The notes under the pieces are model-generated. The model worked only from the letters and a program-made list of their open reading frames with translations, was not told where the DNA came from and did no database searches. Of a stretch of 42,462 nt of DNA, positions 28,469-38,518 are shown one piece after another. Numbering within the stretch: position 1 is the first letter of the stretch; the number at the start of each line of letters is the position of its first letter. The translations under genes and the position numbers were made by a program. Source of the stretch: Deinococcales bacterium (lineage in GTDB: Bacteria > Deinococcota > Deinococci > Deinococcales > JAAFIG01); assembly GCA_043778225.1 (NCBI GenBank), contig JAYWGM010000014.1, forward strand, positions 1 through 42,462. Reading direction: 5' to 3'.

Positions 28469-29257
28469 GTGAAATTGCTCGCTTTTGACCTTGATGGAAC
28501 GATTGTCACCCAAGACTATCAGATTCCAACTGTAATCCTCCAAGCCATTCAAACTGCACGTGCCTCCGGACACTTAGTGACCGTGATTACCGGACGGGTT
28601 TTTGCCAGCGCTGCTCCGTTTCTCGAGCAACTCAAACTCGAGACTCCAGTCGGTACAGCCCAAGGTGGTTGTGTGACCCACCCAGATGGACGTTTGATGC
28701 GCGACTTACGGCTAAGCTACCAACATACTCGAGCCATCATTGATCGTTATGCGCCCGAAGTCGAGGAGTTTTTTGTACCTCACGAAACCCGCGTTTTTGT
28801 CAAGAACCCAAATTCAATTCGCTCTGATGGCAAGCCTTATTGGGATTGGGTGCGCGGCGAGGGTCGAATCGTAGAGCCGTTCTTTGAAGGTTTCCCAGAA
28901 GCCGAGCCAGCTAAGCTCACCTTACATGGACACGGGGTCAATCGGCATTTAAGTACCTTGCGCCAAGATTACCCGAACCACACGTTTTATCCGTGGGGCG
29001 ATTACTACCTCGAAGTTGCTCCGCCGGGCGCGGACAAAGGCGCAGCCCTCAAAATGATTGCCGAACATTTGGGGATTGCCCAAAAAGACACGATTGCTTT
29101 TGGCGATGGCAACAACGACTTAACCATGCTCGAGTGGGCTGGTTACAGTGTGGCGGTTGGCGAAACCGAAGCCCACCAGAGTGGCTTAACCAACGAAACG
29201 ATTCTTCCACCCGAGGAAAACGGCGTGGCGCACTGGCTCGAGAAATTTCTACAATAA
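28469..29257 (+). CDS. Cof-type HAD hydrolase
   Basis: AFDLDGT, ITGR, DKG.AL, FGDGNNDLTM. Confidence 0.92.
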   Translation: MKLLAFDLDGTIVTQDYQIPTVILQAIQTARASGHLVTVITGRVFASAAPFLEQLKLETPVGTAQGGCVTHPDGRLMRDLRLSYQHTRAIIDRYAPEVEEFFVPHETRVFVKNPNSIRSDGKPYWDWVRGEGRIVEPFFEGFPEAEPAKLTLHGHGVNRHLSTLRQDYPNHTFYPWGDYYLEVAPPGADKGAALKMIAEHLGIAQKDTIAFGDGNNDLTMLEWAGYSVAVGETEAHQSGLTNETILPPEENGVAHWLEKFLQ

Positions 29258-29261
29258 TTTT

Positions 29262-29738
29262 ATGGCAAAATTGATTGACATTGAAGGAATTGGTAAAACC
29301 TATGCTGCCAAACTCGAGGCACTGGGCTTAAAAACTACGCCAGCCCTACTTAAACAAGCCGCCCATTTGCGTGGACGTAAGGACTTGGCGCTGCTGTTGG
29401 GCATCAGCGAAAAAAGACTTTTGGCATGGGTTAATCGTGCCGACCTGATGCGTGTGCCGCGAATTGGCACACAATTTTCGGATTTGCTCGAGGCGGCTGG
29501 GGTGGACACGGTTAAGGAGTTGCGAAACCGAATTCCCGAAAATCTGCACAGTAAATTGCTCGAGGTCAATGCCGCTAAAAATTTAGCGCGCCGAGACCCA
29601 ACCCTTGAAGAAGTCAGCGCTTGGGTCTTGGCTTCTAAAAAACTTGTGCCACTTGTTACCCACAGCGCCAAGGGCGAACAGCTTTTGGCGCATCAGGCAA
29701 AACGCAGGGTTGCTTTAGCTGCAAAACTCGAGGCTTAA
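29262..29738 (+). CDS. DUF4332 helix-hairpin-helix protein
   Basis: DIEGIG..YA.KL, WVNRADLMR, LLEAAGVDTVKEL. Confidence 0.85.
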   Translation: MAKLIDIEGIGKTYAAKLEALGLKTTPALLKQAAHLRGRKDLALLLGISEKRLLAWVNRADLMRVPRIGTQFSDLLEAAGVDTVKELRNRIPENLHSKLLEVNAAKNLARRDPTLEEVSAWVLASKKLVPLVTHSAKGEQLLAHQAKRRVALAAKLEA

Positions 29739-30854
29739 CGCCCGTTCAATGGTTTTTTGCACCCGTGGGTCTGAGTCGTTGCGTCTTTTCTCGAGTAAGC
29801 CAGTGGCTTTTAGAGTGCCAAAACAACCCAGCGCCCAAGCACTGGCTTCGCGCACTTCCCAGCCAAGGTCGGTTAAACCACGCTCGAGTAACCACAGATG
29901 CTGCTCATCGCGCAGATTGCCAAGTACAATAGCCGCATTGCGAGCCATGCCTTTGCGCCGCGCACGGGAAAAAGCCGAATGGGCAAACTGGCGTTCAAAC
30001 CAACTTCCAGACTCGAGAAACCAAGGCTCGATGTCTGGATAGACAAAATCTGGCACAGGTTCTAGCAACCCAGAAAAATGCCCAGCGTGTTGTGTCCACG
30101 GACAAATATCAAGGCAATCGTCGCAACCAAATAAATGTGTCCCAAATTTTTTTCGCAATTCGATTGGCACTGCGCCGCGATGCTCGACCGTATAATAGGC
30201 AATACACAGCCTCGAGTCCACAGTGCGGTTGGGCATAATTGCGCTGGTTGGGCAATCTTGGATACAAGCCATACATTTTCCACAACGGTCTGGATGTGGT
30301 GTACCGGTTTCCACCTCGAGGTCGGTCAGCAGCACCGCCAGAGTTGTCAGCGCCCCAAGTTTGGTACTGATGATTTGGCTCGAGCGCCCCTGCCAACCTA
30401 ACCCAGCCCGCGCTGCAAAACCACGCTCGAGAATCGGGGCATGGTCAATACAGGCTTTAGAAGCAACACCGAGTTGACTGGCGATTTGCTCAAGTTGACT
30501 TAAAACTGGTTTTAAGGTCGTGTGATAGTCTTTGCTCCAAGCATAACGCGCCACTTGCCCGACTCGAGTACCGCCTGTGGGTTTTTCGGGAGCGGTATGA
30601 TTATGCGAGACCATCAAAACCAAAGCACTTTTGGCGGGAGCAAAGGTTGTGGTCAGGTCGCTGCGACGTGCCACACTGCGTTCTAAGTAATCCATACCCG
30701 CCTGCTGCCCAGCCTCGAGCCAATTTTGAAAAGCCAGAATATCTTGGGCTGGTGTTACGGCGCTGACCCAAGCCGCCGCGTCAAAACCAAGCTCGAGGGC
30801 AGCATTTTTGAGGGTTTGTAGCTTTATGACAGGATTGCTGCCGTCAATGCTCAT
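29715..30854 (-). CDS. queG: Epoxyqueuosine reductase QueG
   Basis: ARYAW..DYH, ILER..A.RAGLGW.G, CGKCMACIQDCPT, FGCDDCLDICPW. Confidence 0.93.
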   Translation of the reverse strand: MSIDGSNPVIKLQTLKNAALELGFDAAAWVSAVTPAQDILAFQNWLEAGQQAGMDYLERSVARRSDLTTTFAPAKSALVLMVSHNHTAPEKPTGGTRVGQVARYAWSKDYHTTLKPVLSQLEQIASQLGVASKACIDHAPILERGFAARAGLGWQGRSSQIISTKLGALTTLAVLLTDLEVETGTPHPDRCGKCMACIQDCPTSAIMPNRTVDSRLCIAYYTVEHRGAVPIELRKKFGTHLFGCDDCLDICPWTQHAGHFSGLLEPVPDFVYPDIEPWFLESGSWFERQFAHSAFSRARRKGMARNAAIVLGNLRDEQHLWLLERGLTDLGWEVREASAWALGCFGTLKATGLLEKRRNDSDPRVQKTIERALSLEFCS

Positions 30855-31771
30855 GACAGGATTGTACCAATTTTAATTTGATAGCCTTTCGCCCAATCTA
30901 GTGCTTTTAATCTTGGTTTGCCCTCGGGTTGAACCTCGAGCAATTCCAGCGCACCATCGGCGGTTGCCACCACCACTCCAGTCTCGAGTCGCAGAATTTC
31001 GCCGGGTTGTCCGTGTCCACTCGAGATTTGTAGTTTGTGGATTTTTAAGAGTTTGGAGTCTAGGTCAGTAAACGAACCGGGCCAACCTGCTAGACCACGA
31101 AATTGGTTAAAACTCGAGATGGTGTTTTGATGCCAGTCAATCCGACCATCTTCTTTTTTGAGCATTCGTGCGTAAGTAGCTAAATCGTGATTTTGTGGGA
31201 TAAATTCTAAAGTCTCGAGGTTTGAAAGGGCTTTGACAATTAAATCCGCACCCAGTGCTGATAAACGCGGTGCTAACTCGAGGCTGGTTTCGGTTGTACC
31301 TATCTCGAGCGACTCAACCAGCGCAATGTCGCCTGTGTCCATTCCCACATCGGTTTTCATAATGGTAACGCCAGTGGTTGTCTCGCCGCCGATAATCGCC
31401 CACTGAATTGGGGCTGCACCACGGTATTTGGGCAGTAAGCTGGTATGGACATTCAAAAAACCAAATGGCGGAAGCTCGAGTAGAGATGCTGGCAAGATTT
31501 TACCGTAAGCACAAGTGACCGCCACATCTGCCCCACTCAAGCGCAAGACATCGGCAAAAGCTGTGTTCTGACGGAGTTTTGTAGGTTGCTCAAGTGGCAG
31601 CCCTAATTCTAAAGCTCGAGCTGCCACGGCTGGTGGGGTCAGTTTTAAGCCTCGTCCGGCGGGCTTACTTGGTTGGGTCACGACCAGCACAACCTCGAAC
31701 TGCGCCCGAATTGCCTCGAGAACTGGCAAGGCAAAAGCCGGCGAACCAAAAAAAGCAACTCGAGGATTCAT
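30851..31771 (-). CDS. fmt: Methionyl-tRNA formyltransferase
   Basis: FFGSPAFA, NVHTSLLPKYRGAAPIQ, MDTG. Confidence 0.96.
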   Translation of the reverse strand: MNPRVAFFGSPAFALPVLEAIRAQFEVVLVVTQPSKPAGRGLKLTPPAVAARALELGLPLEQPTKLRQNTAFADVLRLSGADVAVTCAYGKILPASLLELPPFGFLNVHTSLLPKYRGAAPIQWAIIGGETTTGVTIMKTDVGMDTGDIALVESLEIGTTETSLELAPRLSALGADLIVKALSNLETLEFIPQNHDLATYARMLKKEDGRIDWHQNTISSFNQFRGLAGWPGSFTDLDSKLLKIHKLQISSGHGQPGEILRLETGVVVATADGALELLEVQPEGKPRLKALDWAKGYQIKIGTILS

Positions 31772-32331
31772 TTTTGTTTGAGTTCCTTCAAAAATGCTTT
31801 GGCATCTTTTTGCATTTGTGCTAACTCGCTGCGGTGCGTCTCGAGAACACTTTTTGGCAAGTAATCAAAGTACAGTTTACCAATTAAATGGTCAAATTCG
31901 TGTTGCACCACCCGAGCCTGGTAATCCTCAAGTTCTAAGGTTTTTGCTTGTCCATATTCATCTTGGTAGTTAATTCGCACGGCTCTGGCTCGAGCCACAC
32001 CTTCTTCGTAAATCCCGGGGATACTCAAGCAACCTTCTAAGCCCAAAACTGGGGTTTTCTCGAGTAATTCCAACTGAGGATTAACCATGATGTGTTCGGC
32101 AAGCAGTTTAGAGGTACTTTCCTCGCCTTCCTCTTCTTCATCGCTGTATTCTGCCCAGACAAAAAGTTGTTGTGATAAACCGATTTGCGGTGCAGCTAAC
32201 CCCACACCTTTGGCTTCGACCATCGTTTCGATCATCTCGGCTGCCAAGGCTGGAATGTTTGAAAAATCGGTAACTGGACGTGCTTTAGCACGCAAAATAG
32301 GGTCGCCATAAAGTCGAATCGGTAAAACCAT
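31768..32331 (-). CDS. def: Peptide deformylase
   Basis: GVGLAAPQIG, EGCLSIP, QHEFDHL. Confidence 0.96.
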   Translation of the reverse strand: MVLPIRLYGDPILRAKARPVTDFSNIPALAAEMIETMVEAKGVGLAAPQIGLSQQLFVWAEYSDEEEEGEESTSKLLAEHIMVNPQLELLEKTPVLGLEGCLSIPGIYEEGVARARAVRINYQDEYGQAKTLELEDYQARVVQHEFDHLIGKLYFDYLPKSVLETHRSELAQMQKDAKAFLKELKQK

Positions 32332-32371
32332 AACTCGAGTTTACCAAAAATCTGTGTTAGATTCTGTGCCT

Positions 32372-32641
32372 ATGTACGAATTATTACTCTTACTCAAAAG
32401 TGGTCGTGAAGTCGTGGTCGGACGGGCTGCCAGCCAAGCCGAAGCCCAACAACTCGCCGAGGGTGTCTCGAGAATGTACGCTGGGATTAAAGTTGCCACC
32501 GAGCAGCACCATGCCCTGATTATGAACTTTGAAGGCGCGGTTTACTGGGTTGTGCCTTCGGAAATCGAAGGCTTTAGTCTTTATCGCACCGACGAAAACG
32601 CGCCGCCGTTGGTGATGCAGCAAAATGAAGGTGAAAAGTAA
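32372..32641 (+). CDS. Hypothetical protein (89 aa)
   Basis: Globular-looking ORF filling the gap divergent from def, followed by an inverted repeat. Confidence 0.6.
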   Translation: MYELLLLLKSGREVVVGRAASQAEAQQLAEGVSRMYAGIKVATEQHHALIMNFEGAVYWVVPSEIEGFSLYRTDENAPPLVMQQNEGEK

Positions 32642-32704
32642 AAAAGGTTAAAAGGTCAAAAGTCTATTACCTTTTAACCTTTTTCCCCTTTAACCTTTTC
32701 CCCT
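32641..32704. repeat. 16-bp perfect inverted repeat built from 8-mer units (terminator-like)
   Basis: AAAAAGGTTAAAAGGT (32641-32656) / ACCTTTTAACCTTTTT (32669-32684), plus further CCCCTTTAACCTTTTCCCCT. Confidence 0.8.
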
Positions 32705-33277
32705 ATGCCTTTTGACCCTGCCAGTGTTGTGGCTGCCTACCGTGAGGGCTATTTTTTAATGGACAACGGCGAGGGCTTAAATTGGTACTCGAGCCGAGTT
32801 CATGCTTTAATTCCATTGGATACGCGACTGCATATTCCCTCAAGCCTCAAGCGAAAACTTAATGCTGTCCGTTTTGAAAGCCGCATCAATACCGATTTCG
32901 CTGGCGTTGTACGTGGCTGCGCCGACCGCCCCGAAACATGGATTACTCCAGAACTTTTTGCGCTCTACCTCGAGTTGCATCGTGCGGGGGTGGCGCATAG
33001 CTTTGAGACCTGGCTGGATGGAAAATTGGCTGGTGGTGTGCTGGGTTTGGCGATTGGGGCTGCGTTTATTGGCGAAAGTATGTTTACGATTGTCCCAGAA
33101 TGCGGCAAGCTGGCGCTGGTGCGCTTAGCTCAACATTTGGCACAACAAGGATTTGTGTTGTTCGATGCCCAGATTCAAAATCCGCATTTGGCGCGTTTTG
33201 GGGCATACCAAGTGCCAGAGCGTGAATTCAAAAAAATACTCGCCCAAGCGGTGCGGCTCGAGCGAGTATTTTGTTAA
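32705..33277 (+). CDS. aat: Leucyl/phenylalanyl-tRNA--protein transferase
   Basis: AYREGYF.M, TWIT, AHSFE, F.GESMF, D.Q..NPHLARFGA. Confidence 0.93.
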   Translation: MPFDPASVVAAYREGYFLMDNGEGLNWYSSRVHALIPLDTRLHIPSSLKRKLNAVRFESRINTDFAGVVRGCADRPETWITPELFALYLELHRAGVAHSFETWLDGKLAGGVLGLAIGAAFIGESMFTIVPECGKLALVRLAQHLAQQGFVLFDAQIQNPHLARFGAYQVPEREFKKILAQAVRLERVFC

Positions 33278-33281
33278 ATCT

Positions 33282-34841
33282 TTAGCGTTCCGGAGCGCCA
33301 CCCGTGGCGGGTTGGCTCAGGGTTGGCAAGGCTGCGCTACTGATAATTGGCGCTAAAATGCCACCCGAGGCAACGGTGTTTGGCTGACTTGGCAAGACCA
33401 TTGCGTTTGGCACTTTGATATTCTTGCGAACTCGAGCATCGTTGGGATTGACCGCCCAAAGTTCGCCCCAAGGTACATAATTGCTAAAAGTCGTGTCTCG
33501 AGCCACAGTACCCGTGTTGTAGCGCACCACGCGGTTAATCCGCACATTCATGCCACGTTCTGCGCCCGATAAACGTTTGGCACGTCCCAAACGAATTTCT
33601 GGGTCGGCGACATAACGGGCGGCTGGTGGTTGGCGGACATTGTAAATATAGCCTTCAGAAATACTGACTTTGCGGTCTGGTTTTTTGCCAAAGAAATTCA
33701 TCTCGAGTTTTTGGCTGCGTAAATACCAAGTCACTTGGACAAAAAGAGGTGCGCCCGTGTCGTTCTTAAAAATCAGATTTTTATACGGCGAAAAAACCGT
33801 GGCTTCGAAACCGGGAGGATCGTAATACGAAACGCGGTAAGAATGAAAGTTGCGTTGCACAATCGGTAATCCAGCGTTATAAGCTGCTCGCCAAACGGTG
33901 GTTGAGACTTGGCAAATCCCGCCGCCAATGTCTTTTTCGAGAATCCCGCCCTTGATAATATAACCATCCACAAAACCAAGTTCTCGAGAAATACCGACAT
34001 CGCGGTTGAAGTTAAAATTTGCCCCAGCCGCAATCGTGATGTTGTCTATTTGCTTTGCGCCAGCCACAATGTTGGTGACACGAAAACTCGAGCTGCCACG
34101 AAAGTAACTCTCGCCGCCGCCAAAGTGATAACGGATACCTTTGGCGTGCCAATCGGCTAAGTTGCGTTTTGGCTGGCTGCGTTGCACCACAATTCGGGCG
34201 CTTGGTTTATTGTACTTTAGCGCCTCGAGAACAAATGCACGGCTTTGTTTGGTATCCACTGCCCAAGCACTTTGTTGGGTTGCCACCCAAGACTTGCTGC
34301 TCTTGTCAAAAAACCAGACCGCATCGCTCGAATTTCGAGCCAAGCTGCGCCAAGTGTTCTGCATGGCGGTCTCGAGTCCAGGGCTTGGTTTTTGGTTTTT
34401 GCGGCTTAGGGTGACGCTTTTAACCGGTAACTTAAAGCTGCGGATAATCAAGACATTGCGAAGTTCGCCATTGCGGATTTCGGTTTCGGTGGTCTCGAGT
34501 CGCAACTCGAGCGGCAGGCTGGCAACAGGTTTTGGGGCTGGCTTGGCTGGCGCAACCACTGGTTTTGGCTTTGGAGCGACTGGCTTTGGGGCTGGAACGG
34601 GTTTAAGCGGCTGGGCTGGAGCAGTTGGTTGTTGGGTCGGGGGGGCTGGTTTGACTGGGTTACTTGGGGCTGGCGTTGGGGCGGGTAACACGGGGTCTGG
34701 TTGGGTTGGAGGCAGAGGTTCAACTGGCACTGGCTCAGGAGACACTGGGGCAGTTGGAGGCACAGTTGGGTCGGTTGGCTGGACTTGGGCAGCCGCCACC
34801 GCTAAGACCGCAACCAAAGTTAAGGCAATCAAGGCTTTCAT
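33282..34841 (-). CDS. Secreted VanW-family protein with Pro-rich linker
   Basis: Signal peptide, Pro-rich tract, GGGICQVSTTVWRA, RNFHSY, FKNDT. Confidence 0.9.
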   Translation of the reverse strand: MKALIALTLVAVLAVAAAQVQPTDPTVPPTAPVSPEPVPVEPLPPTQPDPVLPAPTPAPSNPVKPAPPTQQPTAPAQPLKPVPAPKPVAPKPKPVVAPAKPAPKPVASLPLELRLETTETEIRNGELRNVLIIRSFKLPVKSVTLSRKNQKPSPGLETAMQNTWRSLARNSSDAVWFFDKSSKSWVATQQSAWAVDTKQSRAFVLEALKYNKPSARIVVQRSQPKRNLADWHAKGIRYHFGGGESYFRGSSSFRVTNIVAGAKQIDNITIAAGANFNFNRDVGISRELGFVDGYIIKGGILEKDIGGGICQVSTTVWRAAYNAGLPIVQRNFHSYRVSYYDPPGFEATVFSPYKNLIFKNDTGAPLFVQVTWYLRSQKLEMNFFGKKPDRKVSISEGYIYNVRQPPAARYVADPEIRLGRAKRLSGAERGMNVRINRVVRYNTGTVARDTTFSNYVPWGELWAVNPNDARVRKNIKVPNAMVLPSQPNTVASGGILAPIISSAALPTLSQPATGGAPER

Positions 34842-34903
34842 AAGTGCCTACTTTACCTGATAAAGTAGCTCCTTGTGTACACCCAACAACACGGTAGGCA
34901 ACC

Positions 34904-36067
34904 ATGACTCGCGCTCCTCGGGTACTCGGCATGATGAGCGGTACAAGCGCTGACGGTCTGGATGCTGTGCTGCTCGAGCTTTCTCATTTTCCAGCGCTGG
35001 GCAGTTTGACCAAAGCACCCAGTCTCGAGCTAGCTGTACCTCGAGCGCGGGTACTCGAGCATTTGTACACGCCCTACCCCGACGACTTGCGAGATTGGGT
35101 GCTGGCAGCCATGCAGGACAAAATCGGGGTCTCGAGTCTGACCCAACTTTCATTTGCGCTTGGCGATTTTTATGCCGAAAGTGTCAAAGACTTGGCTCGA
35201 GAAGCTGACCTGATTGCCAGTCACGGACAAACGGTCTATCATATCCCGCGCCTAGACACGGCTCGAGATTGGATAGTTCGCAGTACCTTACAAATTGGCG
35301 ACCCTGCGGCATTGGCGCTGCAAACTGGTAAACCAGTCATTTCTGATTTTAGGGCTGCCGACTTGGTGGCGGGTGGTCAAGGTGCGCCACTTGTGCCGTT
35401 TGCCGACCGGATTTTCTTTGCCGAAAGCGGGGTAAGACGAGCCATTCATAACTTAGGTGGGATTTCTAACCTGACTTATCTACCCGGCTTAGATGCAAGT
35501 GGTGTGCTGGCATTTGACACCGGTCCTGCCAATTGCCTGATCGACGAAACCATGAATCGTTTAGGACAGCGCTTTGATGATGGTGGCAAAATTGCAGCTT
35601 CGGGCAAACTCGAGCCAAAGTTATTAGAACTTTGGCAGCAAGACCCATACTTAGAACTTGTTCCGCCCAAAAGCACAGGGCGTGAATACTGGATGCTCGA
35701 GAAACTGCCCAGTGTCTTTGAGTTATCGCCTAAAGATATTGTGGCTAATGTGACTGCTTTAACAGCTTTTACAATTGCCGACCAATACAGGCGCTTTGTG
35801 CAACCGCACGGCTTAGATGAAATTCTGGTGGCTGGTGGCGGTACAAGCAATATTGTCCTCATGCAGCACCTTACCTCGAGTCTGGATGTGCCAATTGTGC
35901 GGCTCGAGGATTCAAAATTTGGACAGTATGGTTTTACCAGTGCAACCCGCGAAGCCGCCGCTTTTGCATTGTTGGGTTATTATGCTTTTCAAGGCTGGGA
36001 AAATACGTTGCCATATACCACTGGCGCGGCTCGAGCCGTGATTGCTGGGCGTTTAACCAAGCCGTGA
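34904..36067 (+). CDS. anmK: Anhydro-N-acetylmuramic acid kinase
   Basis: GMMSGTSADGLD, SHGQT, DFR..D...GGQGAPLVP, FDTGP.N, PKSTGRE. Confidence 0.95.
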   Translation: MTRAPRVLGMMSGTSADGLDAVLLELSHFPALGSLTKAPSLELAVPRARVLEHLYTPYPDDLRDWVLAAMQDKIGVSSLTQLSFALGDFYAESVKDLAREADLIASHGQTVYHIPRLDTARDWIVRSTLQIGDPAALALQTGKPVISDFRAADLVAGGQGAPLVPFADRIFFAESGVRRAIHNLGGISNLTYLPGLDASGVLAFDTGPANCLIDETMNRLGQRFDDGGKIAASGKLEPKLLELWQQDPYLELVPPKSTGREYWMLEKLPSVFELSPKDIVANVTALTAFTIADQYRRFVQPHGLDEILVAGGGTSNIVLMQHLTSSLDVPIVRLEDSKFGQYGFTSATREAAAFALLGYYAFQGWENTLPYTTGAARAVIAGRLTKP

Positions 36068-37384
36068 AGCGGTGACAGGAACTCCATCTTTTGGGCGCAT
36101 GGTTAAACTGGCGTACACCTCGACTTTATAATTTTCGGCTTTGGCAAAATTGACTTTTGAAAGCACCGTGGACAACAAAATCAGCCCTTCCATTTCGGCA
36201 AACATATTGCCAATACAAACCCTCGGTCCGGCACTAAACGGAAAATAGGCATAGTCTGGCAAACTTTTTTCATAGCCTTCAACCCAACGTTCGGGCATAA
36301 AGGCATCTGGATTCTCAAAATACTTGGGGCTGCGTTGCGTCACGTACTGCGACAAAATAATGTTTTGCTTTTTTGGAATCAGGTACTCGCCCAGCTGCAC
36401 ATCCTCGAGTGCCGTCCGCCCAATGCTCCAAGCGGGCGGGTAAAGCCGCAAGGTCTCGAGCCAGATTTGTTTTATCAGCGGCAATTTAGCAATATCCTCA
36501 AGTCGGCAGCCTTCTTTGCCCAGCACGCTTCTGGCTTCTTCGGTAGCGGCTTTGAGGATTTTTGGATGCTCGAGCAGCAGATGTACTGCCCACGATAAGG
36601 CATTGGCGGTGGTTTCATGACCCGCTAAAAGCAGCGTCAGGCATTCATCACGCAGTTGCTCGTCGGTCATTTGGCTACCGTCGGTATCGGTGGCAGCTAC
36701 CAGCATGGCTAAGAGGCTGTATTCGGTCTGTTCAGCGCGTTCTTTGGCAATCATCTCGAGGGTAATGCTGTCGAGTTCGGCTATCGCAGCTTTAAGGCGT
36801 TTATGCCCCGGCAACGGGATACTTAATGGCAGCGGAATCGGTTGTCCCATTTGGGCGCGGTTAGCAATCAGGGCTTCCTCGAGGGCATGACCAACACGGC
36901 TGCCTTGACCACCACGAATATCGGCATTAAATAAGGTTTTTGCCACAATCTCGAGCGTTAAAGTGTTCCAAAATTCAAATAAATCCAGCTTGGCTGGCAT
37001 TGTCTCGAGTGAGCGCAACGTATAAAGCCGCATTGTTTCGCCATATGCCCGAATTTTTTCTTTATGAAAAGCGGGTTGTGCCAGACGGCGTTGACGCAAC
37101 CAAAAATCGCCATCACTCGAGAGTAAACCGTTGCCGATTAAGGCATTCAGGGCTGGAAAACCACGGTATGGTTTCTTGAATTTTTTGGCTTGGTCACGCA
37201 GTACCAACGCCACCAAATCTGGGCGGGTAATCAGCGTCATCTTGCGCGGACCAAAGCGCATATTGACAATTTCGCCATGCGATTTTGTAACGCGCATTAA
37301 GTATCCGGGTGGGTCTTTGGCAAACTCGAGAACGTGTCCGAGAATTGGTACACCTTTGGGCATCGGTGGGGTTAATGTTGGCAT
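36053..37384 (-). CDS. Cytochrome P450
   Basis: AGHETTA, ETLRLYPP, PERW, FSAGPRVCIG heme motif. Confidence 0.95.
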   Translation of the reverse strand: MPTLTPPMPKGVPILGHVLEFAKDPPGYLMRVTKSHGEIVNMRFGPRKMTLITRPDLVALVLRDQAKKFKKPYRGFPALNALIGNGLLSSDGDFWLRQRRLAQPAFHKEKIRAYGETMRLYTLRSLETMPAKLDLFEFWNTLTLEIVAKTLFNADIRGGQGSRVGHALEEALIANRAQMGQPIPLPLSIPLPGHKRLKAAIAELDSITLEMIAKERAEQTEYSLLAMLVAATDTDGSQMTDEQLRDECLTLLLAGHETTANALSWAVHLLLEHPKILKAATEEARSVLGKEGCRLEDIAKLPLIKQIWLETLRLYPPAWSIGRTALEDVQLGEYLIPKKQNIILSQYVTQRSPKYFENPDAFMPERWVEGYEKSLPDYAYFPFSAGPRVCIGNMFAEMEGLILLSTVLSKVNFAKAENYKVEVYASLTMRPKDGVPVTASRLG

Positions 37385-37452
37385 GGTTTTAGTATTGCAT
37401 AACTGCCAAGGTGCTATCGTTTCGAGTAAGATGGGCGGGAACAAAAAGTTGC

Positions 37453-37803
37453 TTAACTTTGTCCCAAATAACGCCGCGCCCAACAATCAATCTCGGCAAT
37501 CACTTGCTGCATTGCAAACCCTGCTTGGGTCAGTTCGTAACTGGTGCGTGGTGGCATATAGCTTTCGATGGTTTTTTTAAGAATCCCGTGGCGCTCGAGC
37601 ATTTCAAGGCGCTCTGAAAGTGTGCTTGGGTTGCAATTGCCAATCGCACGACGCAACTCGTTAAAACCTTTGGGGTTCTCGAGTAACGAGCGCACAATGT
37701 ACAGCACCCATTTTTCTTGCAAAATTCCAATGGCGTGTACCGCAGGGCAAAAAATCGCACTGTGTTCACTTTCTGGTTTCTCGAGCGATGCCACTTCTGT
37801 CAT
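37453..37803 (-). CDS. HxlR/DUF24 winged-helix regulator with N-terminal Cys
   Basis: FCPA, EKW, FNEL, LSERL..LE..G, PPRTSYELT. Confidence 0.92.
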   Translation of the reverse strand: MTEVASLEKPESEHSAIFCPAVHAIGILQEKWVLYIVRSLLENPKGFNELRRAIGNCNPSTLSERLEMLERHGILKKTIESYMPPRTSYELTQAGFAMQQVIAEIDCWARRYLGQS

Positions 37804-37917
37804 GGCAGCATCATAGCACCTCGAGATGTATTGAGGTATACAGAAAAGACTGATATAAATTATATACTGCTCCTAGGTTCAGAGCGATACGGCTCTGTAA
37901 CAAAAAGGAGAACCACC

Positions 37918-38448
37918 ATGAGCCAGAATTGGAATATCGACCCTAGCCACACCAGCCTCGAATTTGCCGTCCGTCATATGATGATCAGCACAGTACGTGG
38001 CAGTTTCAAAGTCACCGATGGTACAGTTCAAATCAGCGAAGATGGCAAATTACTCGGCGTAGAAGCCAATATCGAAACCGCCAGCATCAACACCAAAGAC
38101 CCACAACGCGACGGACACCTGAACGCCGCAGATTTCTTCGACAGTGCCACTCACCCAAACATCAGCTTCAAAAGCACCAATGTAACCGCAACAAGCACCA
38201 ACAATTACAACGTTGAAGGACACCTAACCATTCGCGGCGAAACCAAACCAGTCACGCTCGAAGTTGAAACCAGCCAAACCGCCAAAGACCCATGGGGCAA
38301 CACCAAAATTGCCGCCAGCGGCACAACTAAAATCAGCCGCAAAGAATGGGGCTTGGTTTGGAATCAAGCGCTCGAGGCAGGCGGGGTATTGGTCGGCGAC
38401 GAAGTGAAAATTACTTTGGATGTCCAAGCTGCTGCACCAGCCGCCTAA
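37918..38448 (+). CDS. YceI-family protein
   Basis: AAGGAG RBS; WNIDPSHT..EF.VRH, RDGHL...DFFD, G.LTIRG.TK. Confidence 0.94.
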   Translation: MSQNWNIDPSHTSLEFAVRHMMISTVRGSFKVTDGTVQISEDGKLLGVEANIETASINTKDPQRDGHLNAADFFDSATHPNISFKSTNVTATSTNNYNVEGHLTIRGETKPVTLEVETSQTAKDPWGNTKIAASGTTKISRKEWGLVWNQALEAGGVLVGDEVKITLDVQAAAPAA

Positions 38449-38457
38449 AGAAAAATT

Positions 38458-38496
38458 CAGATGGCTCGAGTTATGACCCAAGCCATCTGGTTTTCA
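38458..38496 (+). terminator. Hairpin/terminator after the yceI-like gene
   Basis: CAGATGGCT...AGCCATCTG followed by GTTTT. Confidence 0.65.
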
Positions 38497-38518
38497 CCTT
38501 TTGCGCCTAACCTAAAAC

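Noticed and set aside
34141..34860. 239-aa Gly-rich + strand ORF
   Set aside because: Reverse complement of the Pro-rich VanW linker.
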